Origin: Alphaproteobacteria bacterium
GTDB lineage: Bacteria > Pseudomonadota > Alphaproteobacteria > Micavibrionales > Micavibrionaceae
DNA: 64,000 nt
Assembly (NCBI GenBank): GCA_016794145.1
Contig: JAEUKP010000008.1
Location: forward strand, 21,199 to 85,198
Direction of reading: 5' to 3'
Shown here: positions 27,097 to 37,638 of the stretch, piece by piece
Position numbering within the stretch: position 1 is the first letter of the stretch
Layout: every line of letters begins with the position of its first letter
Notes under the pieces: generated by a model
What the model was told of the DNA's origin: nothing
Databases searched by the model: none
Seen by the model: the letters and a program-made list of their open reading frames with translations, nothing else
Program-made: the position numbers and the translations under genes

Positions 27097-28881
27097 CTAT
27101 CCGACAATTGCAGCATTATGCATGCGTGTATAAACCCCACCCTTCGGATACAATTCCTCATGAGTTCCAACTTCGACCACCTGACCTTTATCCATCACAA
27201 TGATTTTATCCGCATGCTGGATTGTTGATAAACGATGCGCAATCATTAATGTTGTTCGCCCCTTCTGAAGGCTTTCAAGCGTATGCTGAATGGTCCGTTC
27301 TGATTCATTATCAAGAGCCGATGTCGCCTCATCGAGAAACAAAATGGGGGCATTCCGTAAAATTGCGCGCGCAAGCGATATGCGTTGACGTTGTCCACCT
27401 GACAAAAGAACCCCGTTTTCGCCAACTTCCGTATCAAATCCTTTCGGCATTTTGAGAATAAAGTCTTCGGCAGCCGCCGCACGGGCCGCTGAACGAATTT
27501 GTTCAGGCGTTGCCTCCGGCAACCCGTATGCAATATTACCTGCAACTGTATCATCAAAAATCGTAATGTCCTGAGATACCAATGCAATATGACGGCGCAA
27601 GCTGGACAAAGTCAAATCCCGGATATCTGTTCCATCAATCAAAATTGTTCCCGATTGAGGGTCATAGAACCTAAGAAGGAGAGACAGAATAGTTGTCTTA
27701 CCAGAGCCAGAGGCCCCGACCAGAGCTGTTACTTTTCCTGATTCTATTTGTAAAGATACATCATTCAAGGCCTTTGTCGTATCAATCCCTTCATAAGAAA
27801 AAGAAACGTGATCCAAACGGATATCAGGGACATTAACATTGAGGTCTTTTGCGTTGATCTTGTCTGTTACGCTTGCTTGCCGGGACATCATATCCTGCAC
27901 ACGCTCAGCCGCACCCAACCCCAATTGCAAAGAATTGTTGAGTTTTGCCAACTTTTTCATCGGTTCATACGCCAACGCAAAAGCAGCAATAAAAGACATT
28001 AATCCACCAGGTGTTAACTCTCCCTCTGCGATCCTGTACCCACCATAAACAATGACACCAAAAACGACAGCCCCCACCAAAATTTCGTTAATTGGCGTTG
28101 ATAGATTGCTAATACGTGCTGCTTTAATATTCAGATGACGAACAGACAATACCGCATGACCGGCCCGTTCTTTTTCACGCTCTTCCATCCCATAAGCCTG
28201 CACTTGGCGAATCCCCTGAAAAATCTGACCCAAAACCCCCATCAGGTTCGCAGTTTCCCCCTGAATGGATTTAGAGATTTTTCGCAACCTCCGCCCCAAA
28301 TACGCAACAAGACCAGATGCTAAAGGAAAAATTGTCAATGCAATCAAGGATAAATGCCAATCCTGCATCACCATAACGACCAAAAGAAAAATAAGAGTTA
28401 GCACATTGCTGCCCACCCCTGTCAACGTATCGACAACTGCAATCCGCATTACATTGACATCGTTCGTCACACGGGAGACCAATTCACCACTCGGGTATTT
28501 GTGAAAAAATGTTAGATCCAGAGTCATAAAATGTGAAAAAACATCATTCTGGATATCTGCCACAACCGACTGACTGATTTTATTCATTTTTATTGTTTGC
28601 AGATACGTTGCAATACCACGAACGGCAAACGACAAAAAGATCATTCCACCCAAAGGAATAATAACATGAAGAGTCGATGGGTCGTTCTGGACCCCAATCA
28701 TCGCTTTATCAAGAACAGGTTGTAGCAATTTTGCAAACAACGCTGTTGCTGCTGCCGCAACAAGCATAAAAAAAAGGGCAAGGCAAAGCTGCCCGACATA
28801 AGGACTCATGTATTTTCTGACCAATGGCAAAAGAATATCAAGTGTCGATTTACTGATCTTTTTTGTATTTATATCCTGCAT
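27097..28881 (-). CDS. msbA: ABC exporter, fused permease and ATPase (MsbA-like lipid A/lipid flippase family)
   Basis: Six-TM domain followed by an NBD (GASGSGKTT, LSGGQRQRISLARA, ILFLDEATSALD). Length is 594 aa. The symbol is assigned by family resemblance only. Confidence 0.7.
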   Translation of the reverse strand: MQDINTKKISKSTLDILLPLVRKYMSPYVGQLCLALFFMLVAAAATALFAKLLQPVLDKAMIGVQNDPSTLHVIIPLGGMIFLSFAVRGIATYLQTIKMNKISQSVVADIQNDVFSHFMTLDLTFFHKYPSGELVSRVTNDVNVMRIAVVDTLTGVGSNVLTLIFLLVVMVMQDWHLSLIALTIFPLASGLVAYLGRRLRKISKSIQGETANLMGVLGQIFQGIRQVQAYGMEEREKERAGHAVLSVRHLNIKAARISNLSTPINEILVGAVVFGVIVYGGYRIAEGELTPGGLMSFIAAFALAYEPMKKLAKLNNSLQLGLGAAERVQDMMSRQASVTDKINAKDLNVNVPDIRLDHVSFSYEGIDTTKALNDVSLQIESGKVTALVGASGSGKTTILSLLLRFYDPQSGTILIDGTDIRDLTLSSLRRHIALVSQDITIFDDTVAGNIAYGLPEATPEQIRSAARAAAAEDFILKMPKGFDTEVGENGVLLSGGQRQRISLARAILRNAPILFLDEATSALDNESERTIQHTLESLQKGRTTLMIAHRLSTIQHADKIIVMDKGQVVEVGTHEELYPKGGVYTRMHNAAIVG

Positions 28882-29067
28882 AATATCTTTGTTTTATACG
28901 TGGTTATCCACGATTGTTGATAGATGTTATATTCTACTCTGCTTTTACCGTACAATAAAACTACAAATTGGCACGCCACAGCCCCCTCCCCCCGCGAGTG
29001 GGGACTATTTTAAAGCCGTTTTCTTATTACCCCACACACCTTATCAAATGACTTTCGGAGCATGGGA

Positions 29068-29847
29068 TTAAGTATCCCGCCATAATGTCAATGTCTCATG
29101 GCATGTCCAATTGGTTTTAACCGGCGTAATACTGACTCCACCGGCGGAAAGAATGTCCAGATCATGGCCTGCGTTATCGTGCGACACCTGCGACCGGAAA
29201 CGGATTTTTATATGATGACTGCCGTCCTCTTGGGGCGTGACATCAACCCCATGCACCATGGGGCGTGACTTCGATGGAACATGATGCGGGCGATCCAATT
29301 GATGATTGTCCACGGGCGGAAAATTCACATTCATGACCACATGATCCGGCCACGGAGCCGTTTGCAGAAAATTCATGACCTGTACGAAATACGTCTCTGC
29401 TACGGTGAAATCGGTTGATCCATCGGGTTGGCGCAACTGGCTGAACGATACGGCAGGCACACCGGCCAATCCGGCCTCTAATGCGCCGCCGAACGTGCCG
29501 GAATACGCAATCGCATTGCCCGCATTATCGCCATGGTTAATGCCGGACAGCACAATATCCGGAGGATTATCCTTCATCACCAGATTCAATCCGACAATGG
29601 TGCAATCGGCCGGAGTTCCCTCCACCGCATAATGCGTGTCATCTCGTTTGATGATCCTAAAGCTCTTTTTGTACGATATCGCGTGTGCCATGCCTGAATG
29701 TTCATGGGCGGGCGCCACCACAACGACTTCGCCAAACAGCCCCCGCGCCAACGCTTCCAAAGCCTTGATCCCGCGCGCATCAATCCCGTCATCATTCACA
29801 ATCAGGGCCCGACACTCCGACCAGGGTTTTAAGGCATAGAACTTCAT
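29068..29847 (-). CDS. surE: 5'/3'-nucleotidase SurE
   Basis: [17 protein letters not shown]...[22 protein letters not shown] are SurE motifs. There is a 4-nt overlap with serS. Confidence 0.9.
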   Translation of the reverse strand: MKFYALKPWSECRALIVNDDGIDARGIKALEALARGLFGEVVVVAPAHEHSGMAHAISYKKSFRIIKRDDTHYAVEGTPADCTIVGLNLVMKDNPPDIVLSGINHGDNAGNAIAYSGTFGGALEAGLAGVPAVSFSQLRQPDGSTDFTVAETYFVQVMNFLQTAPWPDHVVMNVNFPPVDNHQLDRPHHVPSKSRPMVHGVDVTPQEDGSHHIKIRFRSQVSHDNAGHDLDILSAGGVSITPVKTNWTCHETLTLWRDT

Positions 29848-31127
29848 GAAGACGCTTTCACAATCTTGCTTACTCCGCCCATATAGGGTTTCAGAACCTC
29901 TGGCACAAAAATGCCGCCATCGGTGGGATCATAGTAATTTTCCATGACCGCGACCAATGTCCGCCCGACGGCCAGACCGGATCCATTCAGGGTATGCACA
30001 AATTCGGTATCCTTGGCCCCCGGACGTTTAAAGCGCGCCTTCATCCGGCGGGATTGAATATCGCCGCAATTCGAACAGCTCGAAATTTCGCGGTATTTGT
30101 TCTGGGACGGCACCCATACCTCCAGATCATAGGTTTTGCGCGATGCAAACCCGATATCCCCGGCACAGAGGACGATGGTCCGGAACGGCAAATCCAGTTT
30201 TTTCAGGATATTTTCGGCGCAATTTACCATGCGTTGATGTTCGGCTTCGGACTCCTCGGGACGAACGATGCTCACCATTTCGACTTTGTAAAACTGGTGC
30301 TGGCGGATAATGCCACGTGTGTCGCGACCGGCCGATCCGGCCTCTTTGCGGAAACATGGGGTCATGGCCGTATATCGCAACGGCAAATCACTGTCGTCCA
30401 GAATCTGTTCCCGCACCAAATTGGTCAACACGACTTCGGCGGTAGGCACCAACCAACGTCCATCGGTCGTCTCGAATTGATCCTCGCGGAATTTCGGCAA
30501 TTGTGTCGTGCCATACATCACGTCGGTCGAAACCAATAACGGCGGATCCACCTCGGTATAGCCATGCTCTGTCGTATGGGTGTCGAGCATAAACTGCGCC
30601 AAAGCGCGTTGCAGGCGGGCAATTCCGGCTTTGTTGACGACAAACCGCGCTCCGGCCACTCTGGCCGCCGCTTCAAAGTCCATCATCCCCAGATTTTCGC
30701 CAATCGCCACATGGTCCACCGCAGCATTATTTCCCGTTTTTGGTTCCCCAAAGCGGCGGATTTCAACGTTGTCATTCTCATCCGCCCCGTCCGGCACATC
30801 ATCGGCGAGCATATTCGGCAAAGCGGATAATAGGTCGTTCAAGGCCGTTGCGGCATCCTGTTCCTGTGCCTCCAGATCGGCCATACGATCCTTCAAAGCC
30901 GCCACTTCTGCCATCAAATCGGCCGCATCGCCTCCTTTGGATTTGACGGATCCGATCTCCTTGGACGCTTCATTCCGGCGGTTTTGCGCCGTTTGCAATT
31001 CGGTTTGCAATTTACGGCGTTTTTCGTCCAATTCCAGAATGGCGGGGGTTTGCGGAGCCAAGCCACGGCGGGCCCAGTTTTGGTCATAAAAGGCGGGGTT
31101 TTCGCGAAGTGATTTAAGATCGTGCAT
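29844..31127 (-). CDS. serS: serine--tRNA ligase
   Basis: [11 protein letters not shown]... coiled-coil arm. Class II motifs are [21 protein letters not shown] and [20 protein letters not shown]. Confidence 0.95.
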   Translation of the reverse strand: MHDLKSLRENPAFYDQNWARRGLAPQTPAILELDEKRRKLQTELQTAQNRRNEASKEIGSVKSKGGDAADLMAEVAALKDRMADLEAQEQDAATALNDLLSALPNMLADDVPDGADENDNVEIRRFGEPKTGNNAAVDHVAIGENLGMMDFEAAARVAGARFVVNKAGIARLQRALAQFMLDTHTTEHGYTEVDPPLLVSTDVMYGTTQLPKFREDQFETTDGRWLVPTAEVVLTNLVREQILDDSDLPLRYTAMTPCFRKEAGSAGRDTRGIIRQHQFYKVEMVSIVRPEESEAEHQRMVNCAENILKKLDLPFRTIVLCAGDIGFASRKTYDLEVWVPSQNKYREISSCSNCGDIQSRRMKARFKRPGAKDTEFVHTLNGSGLAVGRTLVAVMENYYDPTDGGIFVPEVLKPYMGGVSKIVKASS

Positions 31128-31198
31128 AACTTGAATTCCTATACTGTAATATTCCCCGATAGCTTATATAGAATAAAGACCAGAAACAAGTTACCAGA

Positions 31199-32062
31199 AT
31201 GAAAATCCTACAAGAAATCGATAAAAATATTTGCGAATATGCTATATCCGACAAAGGGATAGGCTTTCCGCTGTTGGTGGATTTGCCGCATGGAGGGCGC
31301 ATTTACCCTGATGATTTTGGTTTTTCCTGCCCTCGCCGGGCACTTGAATTATGTGAAGAAAATTATGTAGATGAGCTGATCACTCGACCAAGTCTGATGA
31401 TTGGTGGAACGGTTCTAAAAGCAAATTTTCCAAGAACATATGTTGACCTCAACCGTTCAATGGATGATATCGACCAGCTTTTATTTGATGCCCCCTGGGA
31501 AAAGCCGATCACGCCGAAAGGACGATCTGTACATGGTCACGGGATTGTTATGAGGCTCATCCGGGCTGGTGAGCCGATTTATTCCCGCACCCTCTCACAC
31601 ACAGAGGTCCAAAACAGAATTGAGACATATTATGTTCCCTATCACAATGTCCTGGGGTATTTATCGGATCATATTCTCGACAAATTTGGTGTTGTCTATC
31701 ATTTGAACTGTCATTCAATGCCGTCCAGCATCGTTGCAAATAGCTTTCCTCAGATGCAACCTGATATTATCATTGGCGACCTGGATGGTCGAAGTTGTAA
31801 CCTTGATTTTAGAACTTATCTTGTGAATGGGTTCAAAGACATGGGATATCGTGTTGCCGTTAATCACCTTTATAAAGGTGCAGAAATTATCAATCGTTAT
31901 GGTCAGCCCGCCTGGAACCGCAATAGTCTCCAAATTGAGATCAACCGCGCTTTATTCCAAGACGAAAAAACAGGCCAAAAAAACAGAAATTTTTCTTACT
32001 TTGCCAGTGATATTGAAAAATTGGTGATCTCTATCAAAAACTATACGCCACAGAAACCATAA
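31199..32062 (+). CDS. N-formylglutamate amidohydrolase-family protein
   Basis: VDLPHGGRIYP...YVDLNR...VVYHLNCHSMPS matches FGase-family (PF05013-like) motifs as I recall them. Confidence 0.65.
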   Translation: MKILQEIDKNICEYAISDKGIGFPLLVDLPHGGRIYPDDFGFSCPRRALELCEENYVDELITRPSLMIGGTVLKANFPRTYVDLNRSMDDIDQLLFDAPWEKPITPKGRSVHGHGIVMRLIRAGEPIYSRTLSHTEVQNRIETYYVPYHNVLGYLSDHILDKFGVVYHLNCHSMPSSIVANSFPQMQPDIIIGDLDGRSCNLDFRTYLVNGFKDMGYRVAVNHLYKGAEIINRYGQPAWNRNSLQIEINRALFQDEKTGQKNRNFSYFASDIEKLVISIKNYTPQKP

Positions 32063-32069
32063 TGCGCAT

Positions 32070-32786
32070 CTACCGTTCAAATAAAACCGCATAATAAACG
32101 TAATTACCGCCAGATTGTTCGAAATAACACCCCTCGGCTTTGCCCACAAGACCGGCGTCATCTGCCCCTGCCCCTATCACTAATTCTGTAGACGGAAGAA
32201 CGTAATCATGATCCATATAATAGGACTGTAAATTGGTAATCATATTGGTTGAATAATCCTGATCGGTTATTTTAGGCAAAGGATTGGTTGAAATTCCCAA
32301 CCCTTTATTTACCCTCTCACACACATCTTTTCTGACCCCAACCATAAAAGCGATAAGATCATTTCCATCCAGATCGCTGGATACACTTGTTCCGATCCCT
32401 TGGATTTCAAAATTCATGGTGACAACCCATTGCCCTGTTGGATTTGTGCTTTGCTGGTCAACCAACGAGAAGGGCGCCAATTCATAAATAACACCGCCCC
32501 CAGAAGGGTGAAAGACTCCAACAGAAGGCGATGTCAAATTGCTAAAATCTGCGGGTGCGTTGAATTCAAGGGTCGTTAAATCATGATTGTCAGTTGTCAT
32601 CCGTTGTAAGCTGGCACGCAAAGACGCGGCATACTGCCCAAGAACAGCCGAATTGATTGCAGACGTTTCCTTGACCGTATTATCAGCCCCGCCGCGTGAA
32701 GATTGCGTTACGGCATAGCTTAGGGCTGCAAATAAGGCAACCGCAATCAGGATCAGAAAAAGCACATTCCCAGAATTGTTTTTCAA
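32070..32786 (-). CDS. hypothetical exported protein with a pilin-like N-terminal hydrophobic helix
   Basis: The TTG start overlaps the lipB stop (TTGA). The N-terminus is MKNNSG|[27 protein letters not shown], and the rest is Ser/Thr/Gly/Asn-rich. Confidence 0.55.
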   Translation of the reverse strand: MKNNSGNVLFLILIAVALFAALSYAVTQSSRGGADNTVKETSAINSAVLGQYAASLRASLQRMTTDNHDLTTLEFNAPADFSNLTSPSVGVFHPSGGGVIYELAPFSLVDQQSTNPTGQWVVTMNFEIQGIGTSVSSDLDGNDLIAFMVGVRKDVCERVNKGLGISTNPLPKITDQDYSTNMITNLQSYYMDHDYVLPSTELVIGAGADDAGLVGKAEGCYFEQSGGNYVYYAVLFER

Positions 32787-33409
32787 AAGACGCTCCCAAA
32801 TTTTGAACGAAGAATAGAATCGACATTATGAATCGTCATATCTGAACATATATCCTGAATTTTGGTAACCCCGAATTCCTTAAGTCCACAGGGAATAATT
32901 CCTGAAAAATGCGATAAATCGGGATTCACATTGATGGCTATCCCATGATAGGTCACCCAATGTCGGACACGAACCCCGATAGCCGCGATTTTCTTTTCTT
33001 CCCCCCCCTGAATGACCCAAATTCCAATACGACCATCGCGACGCTCTCCCTTAATTCCAAGTTCAGACAGGGTCTGAATGATCCATTCCTCTAATTGCCA
33101 TACATATTTTCTGATATCCGGCTCTTTTTGTCGCTTTTTAAGATCCAACATAACATACGCAACGCGTTGCCCAGGACCATGATACGTATATTGTCCGCCA
33201 CGTCCGGTTTCGAAGACAGGAAAACGCGGATTGAGCAAATCTTGAGGATTGGCACTGCTTCCGGCTGTGTACAAAGGAGGATGCTCCACCAGCCAGACAG
33301 CCTCTTCGTCTGTACCCGCATGTATCCCCGCGACGCGGCGTTCCATTTCGGAAACAGCGGTTTCGTAGCCAACCAATTCATTTTGCGAAATCCAAAGCAT
33401 GTATTTCAA
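32783..33409 (-). CDS. lipB: octanoyltransferase LipB
   Basis: [16 protein letters not shown]...[21 protein letters not shown]...KIAAIGVRV are LipB motifs. Confidence 0.9.
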   Translation of the reverse strand: MKYMLWISQNELVGYETAVSEMERRVAGIHAGTDEEAVWLVEHPPLYTAGSSANPQDLLNPRFPVFETGRGGQYTYHGPGQRVAYVMLDLKKRQKEPDIRKYVWQLEEWIIQTLSELGIKGERRDGRIGIWVIQGGEEKKIAAIGVRVRHWVTYHGIAINVNPDLSHFSGIIPCGLKEFGVTKIQDICSDMTIHNVDSILRSKFGSVF

Positions 33410-33484
33410 CTACCCCCTTGCCAAACCAAAATCAATCTGATAATCACTCAAAACCTCGTAAGTGAAGCAGTATTTTTATAAAGT

Positions 33485-33569
33485 GCGGCCATGGCGAAAT
33501 TGGTAGACGCGCAACGTTGAGGTCGTTGTGGGGCAACCCATGGAAGTTCGAGTCTTCTTGGCCGCACCA
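33485..33569 (+). tRNA. tRNA-Leu (anticodon GAG)
   Basis: Acceptor stem GCGGCCA/TGGCCGC and D-arm GCGAAATTGGTAGACGC. The anticodon stem-loop is CAACG-TTGAGGT-CGTTG. It has a long variable arm, T-arm GGTTCGAGTC-like and an encoded CCA. Confidence 0.9.
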
Positions 33570-33703
33570 TCCTTTGTTCCAAGCCTTTGTTCCAAGAAGA
33601 TCTATTGCTGCAGAACATCATATTACCCCCTTGAAAAATATTCTGTTCTCTGGTCATTTAAGCGCATTCAATTGAAACTGACGAATCTCTTAAGGAATGA
33701 ACC

Positions 33704-36046
33704 GTGACGATACCCCCCTCTTCTACCCCTCTCCCAGACGATAAGCCTAAAGATAATTTGCGCGAATCGGCACTTGAATACCATATGTATCCTCGGCCTG
33801 GTAAAATCTCGATCGTGCCAACAAAACCGATGATGACACAACGCGATTTGGCCCTGGCCTATTCACCCGGAGTTGCATTTGCATGTGAAGAAATTGAAAA
33901 AGATCCTTTAAAAGCACTTGATTACACCTCACGCGGGAATGTTGTTGCGGTGATATCGAACGGTACAGCTGTTCTGGGGTTAGGGGCTATCGGGGCGCTC
34001 GCATCCAAGCCGGTCATGGAAGGAAAATCTGTCCTTTTCAAGAAATTTGCAAATATTGATTCAATCGATATCGAGATTGATGAAACAGACCCGGCAAAAC
34101 TGATTGAAATTATTGCCTCGCTTGAACCCTCTTTTGGCGGGATTAATCTTGAGGATATCAAATCACCCGAATGTTTTGAAATTGAACGAACCTTGCGGGA
34201 ACGGATGAAAATTCCTGTCTTCCATGATGACCAACACGGAACAGCCATTATTTCTGGTGCCGCTATTCTGAACTGGTTAAAAATCACAGGCCGTGAATTC
34301 AAAGATACAAAACTGGTCGCCTCGGGTGCAGGTGCAGCAGCCATTGCCTGCTTAAATATGCTGGTTCAATTGGGCCTTCCCAAAGAAAATATTATTGTCT
34401 GTGACCGGACAGGTGTTGTTTATAAAGGTCGAAACGAAGGAATGGATCCAGAGAAAGAGGCCTTCGCAGTTGAAACATCCGCGCGGACTCTGGCGGAAGC
34501 GATTAAAGGAGCAAATATTTTCCTTGGGCTCTCTGCGGCAGGCGCATTAAAACCGGAAATGGTTGCAGATATGGCAGATGCCCCCCTGATTATGGCCCTT
34601 GCCAACCCAACACCGGAAATCATGCCGGAAGAGGCTTTGAAGGTAAAACCGGACGCAATCGTCTGTACCGGAAGGTCTGACTTCCCTAATCAGGTCAACA
34701 ACGTCTTATGCTTCCCGTATATTTTCCGTGGTGCGCTGGATGTTGGGGCAACGGCCATTAATGAAGAAATGAAAATGGCCTGTGTTCGCGCGATTGCTGA
34801 TTTAGCCCGAAAAGAAGTAACAGCAGAAGTCGCCACCATTTACGGGAATGAAAATCTGGAATTCGGGCCCCACTACATGATTCCGAAACCATTCGACCCA
34901 CGGCTCATTTTTGAATTGCCAATTGCAGTCGCCAAATCAGCAATGGCAACAGGTGTCGCCACACGTCCGATTACAGATTGGGATGCTTACAGGGCAAAGC
35001 TCACCCAGTTCTTCTATCGTTCGGATGCGGTTATGCGCCCGATGTTTGCAAAATCTAAAGCTGATCCGAAAAAGATTGTCTATTGTGAAGGCGAAGAAGA
35101 ACGCGTCTTACGTGCTGTTCAAACTGTTGTCGATGAACAATTGGCAAAACCAATTCTGATTGGTCGCCGCCATGTCGTTGAAACACGTATAAAACGTATG
35201 CGCTTGCGCATGGAAATTGATAAAGATTTCGAATTGGTCGATCCCGATTCTGATAAACGCTATACCGATTATTGGCAGAGTTATCACAAAATCATGGAAC
35301 GCAACGGCGTAACCCCCAGTCATTCGAAAACCATTGTTCGAACAGATACAACTGTTATTGGCTCGCTCCTTGTTGCAAAAGGCGAAGCCGATGGTTTAAT
35401 TTGTGGCGTCATTGGCGCGTATCGCGATCATTTAATGACAATTACTGATGTTATTGGTTTAAAACCAGGTGTTGAAGCGGCTGCGGCTATGCCTTGCCTC
35501 CTTCACCCGACACGTGGGCCTATCTTTATTTGTGATACCCATGTTAATCCAGATCCAACAGCCGCACAAATCTCTGAAATGACTTTGCTTGCAGCTGAAG
35601 AAATGCAAAAATTCGGGATCGTTCCGAAAATTGCATTAATTTCTCATTCCAACTTTGGATCACATCGTGGCGAGAGTGCTTTTAAAATGCGCGATGCGTA
35701 TTTCGATATCAAAACCCGCGCACCCGACCTGGAAATTGATGGTGAAATGCATGCGGATGCGGCATTGTCAGAAGAAATCAGAAATCTTGTGATGCCGAAT
35801 TCGACGCTGAAAGGATCTGCAAATTTGTTGGTGATGCCGAACGTGGATGCGGCCAACATCACTTATAACGCTGTCAAAATTCTTTCAGACTGCATTCCTA
35901 TTGGACCGATCCTTCTGGGCGCCCGTCACACTGCTCAAATTGTAACAAACGCGGCAACAACCCGCGGAATTGTTAATGTGACAGCGGTATCAACTGTCGG
36001 CGCACAGGTATTTGGAGAAAACAGCCCACATCAGCTTGTAAAATAA
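33704..36046 (+). CDS. maeB: NADP-dependent malic enzyme (malic enzyme plus phosphotransacetylase-like domain)
   Basis: LALAYSPGVA...VVAVISNGTAVLGLGAIG...FGGINLEDIKSPECF..., followed by a PTA-like C-terminal half. Length of 780 aa is typical of MaeB. Confidence 0.9.
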   Translation: MTIPPSSTPLPDDKPKDNLRESALEYHMYPRPGKISIVPTKPMMTQRDLALAYSPGVAFACEEIEKDPLKALDYTSRGNVVAVISNGTAVLGLGAIGALASKPVMEGKSVLFKKFANIDSIDIEIDETDPAKLIEIIASLEPSFGGINLEDIKSPECFEIERTLRERMKIPVFHDDQHGTAIISGAAILNWLKITGREFKDTKLVASGAGAAAIACLNMLVQLGLPKENIIVCDRTGVVYKGRNEGMDPEKEAFAVETSARTLAEAIKGANIFLGLSAAGALKPEMVADMADAPLIMALANPTPEIMPEEALKVKPDAIVCTGRSDFPNQVNNVLCFPYIFRGALDVGATAINEEMKMACVRAIADLARKEVTAEVATIYGNENLEFGPHYMIPKPFDPRLIFELPIAVAKSAMATGVATRPITDWDAYRAKLTQFFYRSDAVMRPMFAKSKADPKKIVYCEGEEERVLRAVQTVVDEQLAKPILIGRRHVVETRIKRMRLRMEIDKDFELVDPDSDKRYTDYWQSYHKIMERNGVTPSHSKTIVRTDTTVIGSLLVAKGEADGLICGVIGAYRDHLMTITDVIGLKPGVEAAAAMPCLLHPTRGPIFICDTHVNPDPTAAQISEMTLLAAEEMQKFGIVPKIALISHSNFGSHRGESAFKMRDAYFDIKTRAPDLEIDGEMHADAALSEEIRNLVMPNSTLKGSANLLVMPNVDAANITYNAVKILSDCIPIGPILLGARHTAQIVTNAATTRGIVNVTAVSTVGAQVFGENSPHQLVK

Positions 36047-36134
36047 AAGTCAGATAAAGATCTTTGCCTGGGTATTTTAATCAACAGGCCATATTCTAAA
36101 ATCTCTATCTTTTTTCATTTTTTTGTAATACAGC

Positions 36135-36169
36135 TTAAGGCGTACCGTTTCATCAATGGTACGCCTTAA
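36135..36169 (+). promoter_or_regulatory. perfect 12-bp-stem hairpin in the maeB-mgtE intergenic region
   Basis: TTAAGGCGTACC-gtttcatcaat-GGTACGCCTTAA. No T run follows on either strand. It lies about 40 nt upstream of the mgtE start. Confidence 0.5.
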
Positions 36170-36210
36170 AAATCCCGTAAATTCAACCTCTTACCTTGGA
36201 AGAGGCCTAT

Positions 36211-37638
36211 ATGACAGAGCATGACCTGAATGAAACAAAAGACGATAAAGTCATTGTTTCCGCAGAAGACGATGAGGAATCTCTTGCAACCGACTACCTT
36301 GGTTTGCGAGATGAGGAAATTCGTGAAATTTGTGAAGCGCTTGAAAACGAAAATGCTGAGCGGGTTCATGAAATCCTTCTTGACCTAAGTCCAAGCGATA
36401 AGGCCGAGCTGTTAGAAAAAATTACACTTGAACAACGACGGGCCTTTATGTCCGGTTTTTCAGTTGATTTTGAAGCCGAAGCGATTTCAAATTTGCAAGA
36501 AGATGTGCGTTGTCAGGTCCTAGAAGACATGACTGCCGACCAGATCGCGCATATTATTTCTGACCTTGAAAGTGATGATGCCCTTGATTTAATTCTTCCC
36601 CTTGATCCTGACTTCCAACGGGAGATTATGCGGCGACTCTCGGCTAAAACGCGGATCGCGATTGAGGAAGGTTTGGCCTTCCCTGAAAAATCAGCAGGCC
36701 GTCTTATGCAACGTGAATTCGTGGCTGTCCCCCAATTCTGGACCGTTGGAAAAACACTTGATTATATCAAGGCCGCAAAGGATACGCTTCCCGAGGATTT
36801 CTATGACTTGGTTGTTATTGACCCTTCCTATCATGTCGTTGGTGAAATTCCGTTAAACCGTCTTGTCCGTGCAAGTCGTGGCGATAAGATTGATGCGTTA
36901 TCCCTTAAAGAAACACACCCTATTCCCGCAACAATGGATCAGGAAGAAGTGGCCACAATCTTTCGTAATGAAGGCTTGGCCTCTGCACCGGTTGTAGATG
37001 ACGATGACCGTCTAATTGGTATTATTACCTATGATGACGTCATTTATGTTATCGACGAAGAAGCCGAAGAAGATATCTTAAAACTTGCAGGTGTTAAAGA
37101 GGATGACTTTTACAGTGGCATTTTCTCAACTGCTGGCGCGCGCATGCGATGGCTTTGCGTCAACTTATTGACTGCCTTTCTCGCAGCCTATGTCATTTCG
37201 TTATTTGATGCGACGATTGAAAAAATTGTCGCTCTTGCCGTCTTGATGCCGATCGTTGCCGGAATGGGTGGAAATGCAGGCACCCAAGCGATGACAGTTG
37301 CAGTGCGGGCGATTGCAACCAATGAACTATCAGGTGCAAACGCATGGCGCATTATTGGGAAAGAAGCAACTGTCGGGCTTTTAAATGGTATGTTATTTTC
37401 AGTATTGATTGGATTATCAGCAGGATTCTGGTTTCATAACCTTGGCATCGGGTGTGTGATTGCCGCCGCGATGATCATCAACCTATTTGTCGCTGGCTTT
37501 TTTGGAGCCTCTATTCCCGTCATTCTTGATAAAATTGGCGTCGACCCTGCCGTTGCATCGTCCGTATTTCTGACCACAATGACTGATGTTATCGGATTTT
37601 TTGCGTTTCTGGGCTTGGCAACCCTATTTTTGGTTTAA
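36211..37638 (+). CDS. mgtE: magnesium transporter MgtE
   Basis: N-domain, tandem CBS region and a TM domain with PIVAGMGGNAGTQA and TTMTDVIGFFAFLGLA. ATG 36211 is preferred over the track's TTG at 36196. Confidence 0.9.
   Translation: MTEHDLNETKDDKVIVSAEDDEESLATDYLGLRDEEIREICEALENENAERVHEILLDLSPSDKAELLEKITLEQRRAFMSGFSVDFEAEAISNLQEDVRCQVLEDMTADQIAHIISDLESDDALDLILPLDPDFQREIMRRLSAKTRIAIEEGLAFPEKSAGRLMQREFVAVPQFWTVGKTLDYIKAAKDTLPEDFYDLVVIDPSYHVVGEIPLNRLVRASRGDKIDALSLKETHPIPATMDQEEVATIFRNEGLASAPVVDDDDRLIGIITYDDVIYVIDEEAEEDILKLAGVKEDDFYSGIFSTAGARMRWLCVNLLTAFLAAYVISLFDATIEKIVALAVLMPIVAGMGGNAGTQAMTVAVRAIATNELSGANAWRIIGKEATVGLLNGMLFSVLIGLSAGFWFHNLGIGCVIAAAMIINLFVAGFFGASIPVILDKIGVDPAVASSVFLTTMTDVIGFFAFLGLATLFLV

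Noticed and set aside
28904-28912. TTATCCACG (a one-mismatch DnaA box) as a sign of oriC
   Set aside because: It is a single box in the msbA promoter region. There is no cluster of boxes, no adjacent AT-rich unwinding element and no dnaA/hemE/parAB context.
36047-36210. M-box (Mg2+) riboswitch upstream of mgtE
   Set aside because: The region is only ~160 nt and contains one simple hairpin. I do not recognise the multi-helix M-box core. It is kept only as a generic hairpin observation.
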